From assembly GCA_035509055.1 (NCBI GenBank), contig DATJMA010000036.1, forward strand, positions 17,850 through 81,849: a DNA stretch of 64,000 nt, written 5' to 3'. Of this stretch, positions 26,732-35,985 are shown one piece after another. Position numbers and translations under genes: made by a program. Numbering within the stretch: the first letter of the stretch is position 1; the number at the start of each line of letters is the position of its first letter. This DNA comes from Bryobacteraceae bacterium (GTDB lineage: Bacteria > Acidobacteriota > Terriglobia > Bryobacterales > Bryobacteraceae). The notes under the pieces were generated by a model. It saw only the letters and a program-made list of their open reading frames with translations. It made no database searches and was not told the origin of the DNA.

Positions 26732-27535
26732 TTACACGGTCCGTCGAAAGCGGGCGGCCGACGCCGCGCCGCGTTCGAATTCTGTTTGTAACTGCCGGGT
26801 TCGAAGGTTCTCTCGAATATGCTCGAGTTCCTGTATATAGTTTGCCAGAGCGCGATCGATATAGCCCGAATTGGTGGCCAGGATATCGCGCCAGAGGTCG
26901 TAGGAGCTGCCGGCAAGCCGCGTCATATCGGCCAAACCCGAGCCGGAAATCTCCGGATGCCGGACGCCCCAAACTACGGCGCCGAGTGCCGTGGACGCAA
27001 GTTGCGGAAGATGCGAGGTGACCGACACGACGCGGTCGTGCTCGTCCGAATCGAGCATGGCGATGCGCGCGCCGATGCGGTCCAGCCAGGCGCGGAAATC
27101 GCGCGCGGCGGGGGTTTCCAGCTCGGCCGGATCGTCGGGCGTCAATACCCAGGTGCGGCCGGCGAATAGTTCCGCGTCGGCCGATTCGGCTCCGCGCGTC
27201 TCCTTTCCGGCCATCGGGTGGCCGCCGAGAAACTGGCAGCGGCGCAGGCTCTCGCGCGCCACGTCGACGATTTCGCACTTGGTGCTGCCGGCGTCGGTGA
27301 CCAGGGCATCAGGCTGCACCAGCGGGTCGAGATGGCGGATGGTGTCGAGAATCCGGCCGATGGTGGAAGAAAGGAAGATCAGGTCGGCCTGCGGCGCGGC
27401 GTCGGCAAGCGGCAGGGCGCGGTCGATGGCGCCCGCCGCAAGGGCGTCTTCCGCGGCTTTCGCCGAACTGACGCCGAGAATCGCGCCGTCAAAACCGGCG
27501 CGGCGAAGCGCCAGGCCGAAGGACGCGCCGATCAA
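26732..27535 (-). CDS. tyrA: prephenate dehydrogenase (TyrA); true start probably upstream (see finding)
   Basis: ...DLIFLSSTIGRILDTIRHL...LVTDAGSTKCEIV...FLGGHPMAGKE...: TyrA motifs. The ORF-track start is a TTG inside the GxGxxG loop. Confidence 0.8.
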   Translation of the reverse strand: MIGASFGLALRRAGFDGAILGVSSAKAAEDALAAGAIDRALPLADAAPQADLIFLSSTIGRILDTIRHLDPLVQPDALVTDAGSTKCEIVDVARESLRRCQFLGGHPMAGKETRGAESADAELFAGRTWVLTPDDPAELETPAARDFRAWLDRIGARIAMLDSDEHDRVVSVTSHLPQLASTALGAVVWGVRHPEISGSGLADMTRLAGSSYDLWRDILATNSGYIDRALANYIQELEHIRENLRTRQLQTEFERGAASAARFRRTV

Positions 27536-27561
27536 TCCGGTGCCGACAATGGCGACGGTCT

Positions 27562-28575
27562 TCAGAGGCTTCTCTCCACGGCTGCCGCTATGGAGCGCAG
27601 CTGGCGCATCATGTCCTGAAATTGTTCCGGCCGAAGCGATTGCGCGCCGTCGCTGAGGGCGCGGTCGGGATCGGGATGGACTTCCACCAACAGACCGTCG
27701 GCGCCAGCCGCCACGGCGGCGCGCGCCATGGGTACCACTTTGTCGCGGCGCCCGGTAGCGCGCGACGGATCGGCCACGATCGGCAGGTGCGACAACTTCT
27801 TAACCACCGGGATGGCGGAGATATCCATGGTGTTGTGGGTGTACGTCTCGAACGTCCGGATGCCGCGCTCGCACAGAATGACATCGTAATTCCCGCCGGT
27901 CATGATGTATTCCGCCGAGAGCAGCAACTCTTCGATAGTAGCGGAACTGCCGCGTTTCAGCAGCACCGGTTTCGTCTGCTTCCCCAACTCGCGGAGCAGA
28001 GTGAAATTCTGCATGTTGCGCGCATCCACTTGCAGAAGGTCCGCGTATTTCGCGACGAGCGGGATCTGCGTCTGGTCCATTACTTCGCTGGCTACCAGCA
28101 GGCTGTGGTGGTCGGCTGCATCGCGCAGTAATCGCAGACCCTCCTCGCCCAGACCCTGGAACGAATAGGGAGAACTCCGAGGCTGGAACGCGCCGCCGCG
28201 GATGATGCGCACGCCGGCCGAGGCGACAATTTCGGCCGCGCGGTCGATCTGCGCGCGGTTTTCCACGCTGCCCGGACCGGCTATGACCACCACCCGCGGT
28301 CCGCCGAATTCCACGTCGGCGACCTTCACCACCGCTCCCGCGGGCTTGAAACTGCGGCTGGCGAGTTTGTATGGCGAGCTGATGCGATGCGCTTCTTTCA
28401 CCCCATCCATCAAATCGAACATGTCCAGATCGAAGTCTTCCCGGCCGCCCACGCCGCCCAGCACGGTGTGGATCACGCCGGTGGAGCGGTGTACGTCGAA
28501 GCCCAACTCGGTGAGCCGTTCGATAACGGCATCGATCTGCTCCTCGCTAGCGCCCTGCTGCATCACCACTAACAT
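27562..28575 (-). CDS. 3-deoxy-7-phosphoheptulonate (DAHP) synthase, type I-beta with N-terminal ferredoxin-like regulatory domain
   Basis: MLVVMQQGASEEQIDAVIERLTELGFDVHRS (regulatory domain). IAGPGSVE, IIRGGAFQPRSSPYSFQGLG, KRGSSATIEE, LCERGIRTFE, DPSRATGRRD (KDO8PS/DAHPS I-beta core). Confidence 0.9.
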   Translation of the reverse strand: MLVVMQQGASEEQIDAVIERLTELGFDVHRSTGVIHTVLGGVGGREDFDLDMFDLMDGVKEAHRISSPYKLASRSFKPAGAVVKVADVEFGGPRVVVIAGPGSVENRAQIDRAAEIVASAGVRIIRGGAFQPRSSPYSFQGLGEEGLRLLRDAADHHSLLVASEVMDQTQIPLVAKYADLLQVDARNMQNFTLLRELGKQTKPVLLKRGSSATIEELLLSAEYIMTGGNYDVILCERGIRTFETYTHNTMDISAIPVVKKLSHLPIVADPSRATGRRDKVVPMARAAVAAGADGLLVEVHPDPDRALSDGAQSLRPEQFQDMMRQLRSIAAAVERSL

Positions 28576-28878
28576 CTATTTTTCTCCCGCGGCTTCCATG
28601 CGAAGACGCTGAATTCTACGCATTTCATCGATGACGCGCTCAAAGATGCGGCGCAGCGAATCCGAAGGCATCGGTCCTTGGTTGGCGCCGGTGATGTTGG
28701 CGAACACCAGCTCCTCCCGCTTGGGCTCGTAAATCGGCAGGCCGCTTTCGCGTTTCACGCGTCCGATTTCCTCCACTACCTGAGTTCGCTCGTTCAGGAG
28801 CGCCACGATGCGACGATCGAGGCCGTCAATGAGCACGCGGTATTCCTCCAGTTTCGCCTGCGCGTCTTCCCGCGTCAT
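28576..28878 (-). CDS. chorismate mutase (AroQ class)
   Basis: The ATG at 28878 inside ORF 28576..29745 gives [58 protein letters not shown]... ATGA overlap with the trpA stop. Its stop abuts the DAHP synthase ATG. Confidence 0.85.
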   Translation of the reverse strand: MTREDAQAKLEEYRVLIDGLDRRIVALLNERTQVVEEIGRVKRESGLPIYEPKREELVFANITGANQGPMPSDSLRRIFERVIDEMRRIQRLRMEAAGEK

Positions 28879-29678
28879 GCGTGCGCTCCAAACCCGTGCT
28901 TCAATTCGCGCACGAACGATTCGAGCTGACTCTCGAGCGAAGGGTTCGAGGCGTTGCGTTCGATCAGGCGAACGATGGCGCTGCCGACTACCACGGCTTC
29001 CACCTGCCTGCCTAACTGCTCCACGTGCTCCGGCTTCGAGATGCCGAAACCGACCGCCAGCGGAAGATCGGTGACGGCCCGCATGGCCGTCACTAGCGGC
29101 GCGACGGCGTTCGACAGGGAATCGCGTTCGCCCGTGACGCCGATGCGCGAGACGAGATACACAAAGCCGCTGGAATACCGCGCGACCAGCCTGAGCCGGC
29201 GCTCGGTACTGGTGGGTGTGGCCAGAAACACGGTGTCGAGTCCGTGCCGATGCATGGCGGCGACATAGTCCCCGGCTTCTTCCACCGAAACGTCGATGAG
29301 CAGGCAGCCATCGATGCCGGCAGCCGCGGCGTCGCGCGCCAGCCGCTCCAGGCCATACCGGACCACTGGATTCAAATATGTGAAGAGCAGCAGCGGAACT
29401 TCGGACGTCTTGCGGACTTCGGCGGCGAGTTGAAGAACGCGCGAAAGCGTGGTGCCGGCTTTCAGCGCGCGTTCCCCCGCCGCCTGAATCACCGGTCCAT
29501 CGGCGATGGGATCTGAGAACGGTACGCCAAGTTCGATGAGGTCGGCGCCGCCCCGCACCAGCGCTTCGACGAGCGCGGATGCGCGCTCGGGCGAAGGATC
29601 GCCGGCCGTGAGATAGGCGATCAGGCCTTTGCGATCGGTCTGTTTCAGGTTCTCGAACAAGCGGCCAATACGCGTCAT
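28875..29678 (-). CDS. trpA: tryptophan synthase alpha chain
   Basis: [34 protein letters not shown]..., [13 protein letters not shown]. Confidence 0.95.
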   Translation of the reverse strand: MTRIGRLFENLKQTDRKGLIAYLTAGDPSPERASALVEALVRGGADLIELGVPFSDPIADGPVIQAAGERALKAGTTLSRVLQLAAEVRKTSEVPLLLFTYLNPVVRYGLERLARDAAAAGIDGCLLIDVSVEEAGDYVAAMHRHGLDTVFLATPTSTERRLRLVARYSSGFVYLVSRIGVTGERDSLSNAVAPLVTAMRAVTDLPLAVGFGISKPEHVEQLGRQVEAVVVGSAIVRLIERNASNPSLESQLESFVRELKHGFGAHA

Positions 29679-30871
29679 TGAGAGTCGAGTTCCTTGAAGT
29701 TTTCGCGATAGATATCGATATCCTTATCGCCGCGGCCGGAAACATTCACCAGGAAGATGGCGCCCTTCGCGGATGGCGCGCGGCGGACGGCTTCGGCAAC
29801 GGCGTGCGACGATTCGAGCGCGGGAATAATGCCCTCGGTGCGCGAGAGCAGGCGCGCCGCGGATAACGCTTCGGTGTCCGATGCGGCAGTATATTCGGCG
29901 CGGCTCTGGTCGTGCAGCCAGGCGTGTTCGGGACCGATCATCGCGTAATCGAGGCCGGCCGAAACGGAGTGGGTGAGCGCGATCTGGCCGTCGGAATCCT
30001 GCAGCACTACGCTGTACGCCCCTTGCAGCACTCCGGGCGCGCCGCCACGATACCGCGCGGCGTGTTCTCCAATGCCCGCGCCGCGGCCGCCGGCCTCGAT
30101 GCCGACAAGACGCACGGACGTATCGTTCAGGAAGGCGTGGAAGATGCCGATGGCGTTCGACCCGCCGCCAACGCAGGCGAAGATGGTGTCGGGCAGGCGG
30201 CCTTCGGCTGCGAGAATCTGACGGCGCGCCTCTTCGCCGATCACCTTATGAAAATCGCGCACCATCATGGGATAGGGGTGCGAGCCCAGCACCGAGCCGA
30301 GCAGATAATGCGTGTCCGAGACGTTGGTCACCCAATCGCGCATGGCCTCGCTGATGGCGTCCTTGAGCGTGCGGCTGCCGCTCGAGACTCCGGCGACTTT
30401 CGCGCCGAGCATGCGCATGCGGAAGACATTCAGCCGCTGGCGGCGCATGTCTTCCTCTCCCATGTAGACCACGCAATCGAAGCCCATGAGTGCGCAGACT
30501 GTGGCGGTGGCGACGCCGTGCTGCCCCGCGCCGGTTTCGGCGATGATGCGGCGCTTGTTCATCCTCCGGGCGAGCAGCGCCTGCCCCAGGCAGTTATTGA
30601 TCTTGTGCGCTCCGGTGTGCAGCAGGTCTTCGCGCTTGAGCCAGATGCGTGCGCCGCCGAGTTGCTCGCTCAGTCGCTTGGCGTAGTAGATTGGCGTGGG
30701 CCGGCCGGCATACGTGTGCAGCAGGCTCGCGAGTTCGGCTTGAAACGCGGGATCCTCGCGCGCCGCGAGATACGCGGTCTCCAACTCTTCGATCGGGGCC
30801 ATCAGGATTTCTGGTACGTACCGGCCGCCATAAGGTCCGAAATGGCCGCGCTCGTCGGGTTGCGGTGTCAT
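29675..30871 (-). CDS. trpB: tryptophan synthase beta chain
   Basis: [13 protein letters not shown]..., [37 protein letters not shown]. Confidence 0.95.
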   Translation of the reverse strand: MTPQPDERGHFGPYGGRYVPEILMAPIEELETAYLAAREDPAFQAELASLLHTYAGRPTPIYYAKRLSEQLGGARIWLKREDLLHTGAHKINNCLGQALLARRMNKRRIIAETGAGQHGVATATVCALMGFDCVVYMGEEDMRRQRLNVFRMRMLGAKVAGVSSGSRTLKDAISEAMRDWVTNVSDTHYLLGSVLGSHPYPMMVRDFHKVIGEEARRQILAAEGRLPDTIFACVGGGSNAIGIFHAFLNDTSVRLVGIEAGGRGAGIGEHAARYRGGAPGVLQGAYSVVLQDSDGQIALTHSVSAGLDYAMIGPEHAWLHDQSRAEYTAASDTEALSAARLLSRTEGIIPALESSHAVAEAVRRAPSAKGAIFLVNVSGRGDKDIDIYRENFKELDSQ

Positions 30872-31482
30872 ACCAGGGCGGCCGCCATTGCCGCCTGGAG
30901 AAACTCGGTCATTTTCTTATGGTCCTTTTTGCCGGGGGCGATTTCGATGCGCGAGCACACGTCGACGCCCCACGGGCGCACAACTGCTATAGCCTCGGCA
31001 ACGTTCGAAGAATCGAGCCCGCCGGCGAGAATGATGCGGTGCGGCCTCTTGAGCAGGGCCCTCGCGGCTTTGGCTACGGTCCACTCGAAGCGGACGCCGG
31101 ACGCCGGGCCGTCGAGCAGTAGCGCTTCCGCGGGGTCGAGATCGTGCCGGCGGAGTTGCCCGAAAGCGGATTCGGACGACGAGACGCGTATCGCCTTCCA
31201 AACCGGCGCCGCGGCCGGATAATCGCCGGAGGTCTCATCGCCATGCAACTGCGCCACATCCAACCGGGCAGCGCGCACAATCGCCTCCACCACTTCGCGG
31301 CGCTCGTTCACGAACACGCCGACGCGCCGCACACCCACGGCAGTCGCGATTTCCGCCGCGCGTTCGGGCGCGATATAGCGCGGGCTGCGCCGATAGAAAT
31401 TCAGGCCCACCGCCGTGGCGCCTGCGTCGATCGCGGCGGAAGCGTCATCCTGATTGGTAATGCCGCAGATTTTGAGAATCAT
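30868..31482 (-). CDS. trpF: phosphoribosylanthranilate isomerase
   Basis: [37 protein letters not shown]..., [14 protein letters not shown]. 4-nt overlaps on both sides. Confidence 0.9.
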   Translation of the reverse strand: MILKICGITNQDDASAAIDAGATAVGLNFYRRSPRYIAPERAAEIATAVGVRRVGVFVNERREVVEAIVRAARLDVAQLHGDETSGDYPAAAPVWKAIRVSSSESAFGQLRRHDLDPAEALLLDGPASGVRFEWTVAKAARALLKRPHRIILAGGLDSSNVAEAIAVVRPWGVDVCSRIEIAPGKKDHKKMTEFLQAAMAAALV

Positions 31483-32267
31483 GCCGCCACCAGTTGGCGG
31501 AGCGCCGCCGCCGGATCGCCCGATTTCATGAGGTGCTCGCCTACCAGGAACGCCGTGTATCCCGCCGCGCGCAGGCGGGCGATATCGCCGGCATTATGGA
31601 TGCCGCTCTCGCTGATGCGGAGCGCGTTCGTGGGCATGTGCTCGGCTAGTTCGATGGAGGTATCGAGCGTCACTTGGAAGGTGTTGAGATCGCGATTGTT
31701 GACTCCGATGATTTCGGCACCCGATGCGATTGCCGCATCCAGTTCGCGGCGATTGTGCACTTCCACCAGCGCCGCCATGCCAAATTGCGCCGCCGACGCG
31801 CGGAAATCGCGCAGTTCGCGCTCGCTCAGGATGGCGGCGATCAGCAGGATGGCATCGGCGCCGTGAGCGGCGGCTTCCACCACGTGCGCGTTTGCAATCG
31901 TAAAATCTTTGCGCAGAACGGGCAGGCCGACCGCGGCTCGGACGGCTTCCAGGTGGTTCAGGCTGCCCTGAAAAAAGCTCTCGTCGGTAAGCACGGAAAT
32001 GGCGGAAGCGCCGCCGCGGCCGTACTCGGCAGCAATGTGGACCGGATCAAAATCGGCGCTGAGAACGCCCTTGCTCGGCGAAGCTTTTTTCACTTCGGCG
32101 ATGATGGCCGGTACGCGTGCGGCGAGCGCCGCGCGGAAATCGCGCCGGCCGGTGAGGCGCGATTCGGCCTCGCGCTCCCATTGGTCCAAGCGGCTCGCCC
32201 GCTCCGCAAGTTCCTCGCGCTTTTTGGCGACAATGCGGGCAAGGATATCTGGAACGGTGTCAATCAA
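31479..32267 (-). CDS. trpC: indole-3-glycerol phosphate synthase
   Basis: IIAEVKKASPSKG.., SVLTDESFFQGS.., PVLRKDF, LVEVH, IIGVNNRDL, ESGI. TTG start at 32267. Confidence 0.9.
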   Translation of the reverse strand: MIDTVPDILARIVAKKREELAERASRLDQWEREAESRLTGRRDFRAALAARVPAIIAEVKKASPSKGVLSADFDPVHIAAEYGRGGASAISVLTDESFFQGSLNHLEAVRAAVGLPVLRKDFTIANAHVVEAAAHGADAILLIAAILSERELRDFRASAAQFGMAALVEVHNRRELDAAIASGAEIIGVNNRDLNTFQVTLDTSIELAEHMPTNALRISESGIHNAGDIARLRAAGYTAFLVGEHLMKSGDPAAALRQLVAA

Positions 32268-32436
32268 GGGTGATTCTCTATGGTATCAGGACGGGGAGTT
32301 GGGCTGGATTGCGCGGGCCGCGCGCGGCAAACGGCATAGAAAAGCTTAAGCCGCTCAATGCCTTCCTCGAGGCGGAGGTCGGCCAAATGCCGCTGGTAGT
32401 CTTCCGCTCGCTCCCTGTTGTATCCTGGCCACAGGA

Positions 32437-32763
32437 ATGCGCTGTCTGAAGCTTACCGTCGCCCTGGCAGTCTTGCTGGCCATGTTCGCCAATGCCCGGT
32501 GTGTGGCGAAGTGCGCGGTGACACCTTGCGATCAGTCCTCCAGCGACGTTCCGCCATGCCATCGACACCCCGCGCCGGGATCGAGACATTGCAGCACGCC
32601 TGTTTTCGTTTCAACCGCGCGTATTCACCAGCTTCTGACGCCGGCAATCGTCTTCGAAACCGAGGCCATCGCGCCGCCGCGATGGCAGGCGCTGGCTCGA
32701 ACCGCTCCCGCTCCGCCCACACCCGCCGGCAGCGCACCGTCCTTCCTGATCTTGCGAGTCTAA
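32437..32763 (+). CDS. small secreted Cys/His-rich protein (108 aa), unassigned family
   Basis: Signal peptide MRCLKLTVALAVLLAMFANA. Cys cluster RCVAKCAVTPCDQSSSDVPPCHRH..RHCS. Pro-rich C-terminus ending APSFLILRV. 54 nt upstream of a co-directional barrel gene. Confidence 0.55.
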   Translation: MRCLKLTVALAVLLAMFANARCVAKCAVTPCDQSSSDVPPCHRHPAPGSRHCSTPVFVSTARIHQLLTPAIVFETEAIAPPRWQALARTAPAPPTPAGSAPSFLILRV

Positions 32764-32817
32764 AGCGCCGCGCAGACGTGCGTCTTCGTGGCTTTTTCTA
32801 ACTCGCAGGAGCAACTC

Positions 32818-34071
32818 ATGCGTAAACGACTGCCGGTTTCTGTCATTCTTTTTTGTACTACCTTATGCGCTCAGACGTCCTCCATGAACGAAGCAGGCAT
32901 GTATCTGATGAACGTGGCGTCCGGCACCAGCATGAACCCCGCAGCTTGGCCGATGCCGATGCTGATGCGCGGCGCCGGGACGTGGACGCTCATGTTCATG
33001 GGACAGGGCTTTCTCGTGGACACACAGCAGAGCGGTCCGCGCGGCGGCGACAAGCTCTACTCGCCGAATGCGGTCATGTTTTCCGCCTCGCATAGCCTGT
33101 GGGGCGGAACGCTGCAATTTCAGTCGATGATCAGCCTGGAGGCGGCCACCATTACCGGCCGCCGCTATCCCGAGTTGTTCCAGACCGGCGAAACCGTCTA
33201 CGGGCGCGCAATTGTCGACGGCCAGCATCCGCACAATTTGCTGATGGGAGCGGGCATCGACTACGCGCATTCGCTCACAGACGGCACCATCTTGCAGTTC
33301 TACTACGCGCCGGTGGGCGATCCCGCACTTGGTCCGGTGGCCTATCCGCATCGCGCCTCGGCAGAGGAATTGCCGGAAGCGCCTTTGAGCCACCACTGGC
33401 AGGATTCCACGCATATTTCGGCCGATGTCGTTACAACGGCCGTCGAGCACTCGTGGTTCCGGCTGGAAGCCAGCGGATTCCATGGCGCCGAGCCCGGCGA
33501 GAATCGCTGGACCATTCCGTGGGGCAAAATGGATTCCTATTCCGCCCGGGTTTCGGTCACGCCATCCAGCAATTGGGTCGTCCAGGTGTCCGCGGGCAGG
33601 ATCACGCATCCGGAGTTCCTGTCGCCGGGCGACCAAATCCGCGGCACCGCGTCGATTGCTTACAGCCAGCCGAGGGGCGGCGGCGAAGCGTGGTCGACCA
33701 GCTTGATTTGGGGCCGCAATCACGATACCGACACCCGGCACAATCTGAATTCCTACCTGTTGGAATCGGTGTACCCGTTCCGGCGGCGCAACTTCGTCAC
33801 GGGCCGCATCGAGTATGTGGACAAGGACGACCTTTTCGTGGACACGCCAGGATTGGAGGCGCAGCTCGACCGCACCGCCGGCAGTACCTTCCGTATCGGC
33901 GCCTACACCGCCGGCTACACGCGCGACATCGGCACATTTCATATGATCGAGACCGGCATTGGGGCGAATGCTTCGATTTATACACTTCCCGCGGCGATCA
34001 AACCGTATTACGGAGACCGGCCCTGGGGCGTCAATATCTTTTTGCGGCTCCGATTGCAACCGAGCCGCTGA
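32818..34071 (+). CDS. putative outer-membrane beta-barrel protein with Met-rich N-terminus
   Basis: ATG at 32818 with AGGAG 7 nt upstream. MRKRLPVSVILFCTTLCAQ signal. By my count 10 Met in about the first 45 mature residues (MNEAGMYLMNVASGTSMNPAAWPMPMLM..). HPH/HHW motifs. Alternating amphipathic strands toward the C-terminus. Confidence 0.65.
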   Translation: MRKRLPVSVILFCTTLCAQTSSMNEAGMYLMNVASGTSMNPAAWPMPMLMRGAGTWTLMFMGQGFLVDTQQSGPRGGDKLYSPNAVMFSASHSLWGGTLQFQSMISLEAATITGRRYPELFQTGETVYGRAIVDGQHPHNLLMGAGIDYAHSLTDGTILQFYYAPVGDPALGPVAYPHRASAEELPEAPLSHHWQDSTHISADVVTTAVEHSWFRLEASGFHGAEPGENRWTIPWGKMDSYSARVSVTPSSNWVVQVSAGRITHPEFLSPGDQIRGTASIAYSQPRGGGEAWSTSLIWGRNHDTDTRHNLNSYLLESVYPFRRRNFVTGRIEYVDKDDLFVDTPGLEAQLDRTAGSTFRIGAYTAGYTRDIGTFHMIETGIGANASIYTLPAAIKPYYGDRPWGVNIFLRLRLQPSR

Positions 34072-34882
34072 AAATGTCGTTTAATTCGCGCGGTCTGGCT
34101 GCCTCGCCGGCAAACGCGAAGCTGCCGTGCTCGCGCATTTCTCGGGCGGCGCGCAGGAACGCCGCCAGCGCGGTGCGGCAGAGCGCGCTGCCTACGCTGA
34201 CACGCCGCACTCCAAGCGAGGAAAGATCGTCCAGAGACAGTTGCACGCCCTGAAGTCCCATCACCACGTTCACCGGCCGATCAAGCGAGCTCACCACCGC
34301 CGCGATATCGTCGCGGTTTACCAATCCAGGCGCATAGAGAACGTCCGCGCCAGCCTCCTGGTAGGCCTGCAGGCGCGCGATGGTGTCCGCGAGATCGGGC
34401 CGGCCATGCAGGTAGTTCTCGGCCCGCGCCGTCAGCGTGAAGACGAACGGCAGCGCGCGCGCCGCCTCCGCCGCGGCACGGATTCTCTCCGTCGCCAGCT
34501 CTTTCGGGTAAATGGGGTCCTCGGTCCGCCCGGTGGCATCTTCGATGGAACCCCCGACCGCGCCCGCCGTGGCCGCTAACACGATGGTCTCCGCGACGCC
34601 GTCCGGAGAGTCGTCGAAGCCGTTCTCGAGGTCGGCGCTCACGGGGAGATGGACGGCGCGCGCGATGGTCTCGATGTGCGTCATGGTGTCCGGCCTGCCC
34701 ACGCTGTTGTCCGGCCGTCCGGAGGAGAACGCGAATCCCATGCTCGTCGTGGCCAGGGCCTCGAAGCCGAGATACGCTAGCAGGCGAGCCGTGCCGGCAT
34801 CCCACGGATTCGGTATGAGAAACGCTTGCGGCCGGACATGCAGCGCGCCAAAGGCCTTGCCTTTTTCCGCCTGCGTCAGCAT
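34031..34882 (-). CDS. isocitrate lyase/PEP mutase superfamily protein (2-methylisocitrate lyase / carboxyvinyl-carboxyphosphonate phosphorylmutase-like)
   Basis: The ATG at 34882 gives [47 protein letters not shown]..., [33 protein letters not shown]. Confidence 0.8.
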   Translation of the reverse strand: MLTQAEKGKAFGALHVRPQAFLIPNPWDAGTARLLAYLGFEALATTSMGFAFSSGRPDNSVGRPDTMTHIETIARAVHLPVSADLENGFDDSPDGVAETIVLAATAGAVGGSIEDATGRTEDPIYPKELATERIRAAAEAARALPFVFTLTARAENYLHGRPDLADTIARLQAYQEAGADVLYAPGLVNRDDIAAVVSSLDRPVNVVMGLQGVQLSLDDLSSLGVRRVSVGSALCRTALAAFLRAAREMREHGSFAFAGEAARPRELNDIFSGSVAIGAAKRY

Positions 34883-35205
34883 GGAAGTACTCCGACCGTG
34901 CCGTCCACCGCTTCCACGAAGTTCCTCTCTTCGCGCAGAATGAGCCGCCTGGCGTTGGCCATGCGGAAATTCTCGCGTGCTTCCGGATCGCACCGGATAC
35001 GCTCCCGGTATTGCTCGTACGAGGTCAGGCTGTCGAACGCAACCAGTCCCCATGCAACGTCGTTGGTACCCTCATGCGGCAGGAAATATCCCACCAGGTG
35101 TCCGCCGCATCGCGGAATGATGCGGCCCCAGTTGGCGGCGTATTGCTTGAACCCCTCCCGCTGGAACGGGTCTATCTGGTAGCGGATCACGCACGTAATG
35201 GTCAT
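34876..35205 (-). CDS. NIPSNAP family protein
   Basis: [70 protein letters not shown]... Alternative ATG at 35232. 7-nt overlap with the downstream gene start. Confidence 0.7.
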   Translation of the reverse strand: MTITCVIRYQIDPFQREGFKQYAANWGRIIPRCGGHLVGYFLPHEGTNDVAWGLVAFDSLTSYEQYRERIRCDPEARENFRMANARRLILREERNFVEAVDGTVGVLPC

Positions 35206-35253
35206 GTGAAATATATACAGCTTGTTCGACATCCACACTTCGCTTAAGATCAA

Positions 35254-35970
35254 ATGATGGATTTGGAATATGCGGACGGAGCGGCGGCACGAATTGCGGC
35301 AGCCATCGGCGAGCCGGCGCGGGCTCGCATGCTCTATTGCCTGATGGATGGCCACGCGCGAACCGGCACGGAACTGGCGGTGGTGGGCGAAGTAAGCCCT
35401 TCGACGGCGAGTGTCCACCTGAATCGTCTCAAGACCGAGGGGCTGGTGAAAGTGCTGGTGCAGGGCAAGCACCGCTATTACAGTTTGCAAGGCGCCGGGG
35501 TGGCGCGCGTGCTGGAAAGCCTCAGCGTGCTGGCTGGCGGCGGCTCGCGGAAGTTCGTGCCTGCCACGCCAAGTCATCTGCGCGCAGCGCGCACGTGCTA
35601 CGACCATATCGCCGGCACGCTCGGGGTGGAGCTTCACGACCGGCTGGGGGCGTCCGGCTGGCTGTCGAATTCTTACGACCTCACGCCTTCGGGGGTAAAA
35701 GCATTCGAAGCGATGGGTGTGAGTATCGAGGAGACCCGCTCGCTGCATCGCCGGTTTGCATTCGCGTGCCTGGATTGGAGCGAACGCCGCGCGCATCTGG
35801 GGGGTGCGCTGGGTGCGGCACTGCTCAAACTGGCGCTCCACAAGAAGTGGGTGGTGCAGGAACTGGATAGCCGCGTCCTGACCGTGACGAGTTTGGGAAG
35901 GCACGAGATGAAGGCGCGGCTGGGGTTGGAAGCAAATACCGGAACTTACGCCACCTCCGGACGAACCTAA
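35254..35970 (+). CDS. ArsR/SmtB-family wHTH transcriptional regulator with C-terminal extension domain
   Basis: [62 protein letters not shown]-terminal [11 protein letters not shown]...[16 protein letters not shown] motif pair. Confidence 0.8.
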   Translation: MMDLEYADGAAARIAAAIGEPARARMLYCLMDGHARTGTELAVVGEVSPSTASVHLNRLKTEGLVKVLVQGKHRYYSLQGAGVARVLESLSVLAGGGSRKFVPATPSHLRAARTCYDHIAGTLGVELHDRLGASGWLSNSYDLTPSGVKAFEAMGVSIEETRSLHRRFAFACLDWSERRAHLGGALGAALLKLALHKKWVVQELDSRVLTVTSLGRHEMKARLGLEANTGTYATSGRT

Positions 35971-35985
35971 GATAAGAGCCTCCGC

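Noticed and set aside
28879-29745. Upstream extension of the chorismate mutase ORF (389 aa). Similar extensions precede rnhA (55672..56766), the NIPSNAP gene (34876..35904) and mnmA.
   Set aside because: The extensions overlap well-supported neighbouring genes in other frames and have Arg/Pro-rich nonsense composition. Internal starts give canonical N-termini and classic 4-nt overlaps.
32268-32436. Possible trp leader peptide, attenuator or T-box upstream of trpC
   Set aside because: The only small ORF there (MPFAARGPRNPAQLPVLIP) has no Trp codons. I saw no alternative hairpin set or T-box specifier/AGAGA-type motifs. Only a 12-nt GC palindrome (GCCGCGCGCGGC, 32317..32328) is present.
32278-32589. 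Minus-strand 103-aa ORF overlapping the start of the small Cys-rich protein gene
   Set aside because: It is antisense to a signal-peptide-bearing ORF with better features. Its composition (R/G/S rich) is not protein-like.
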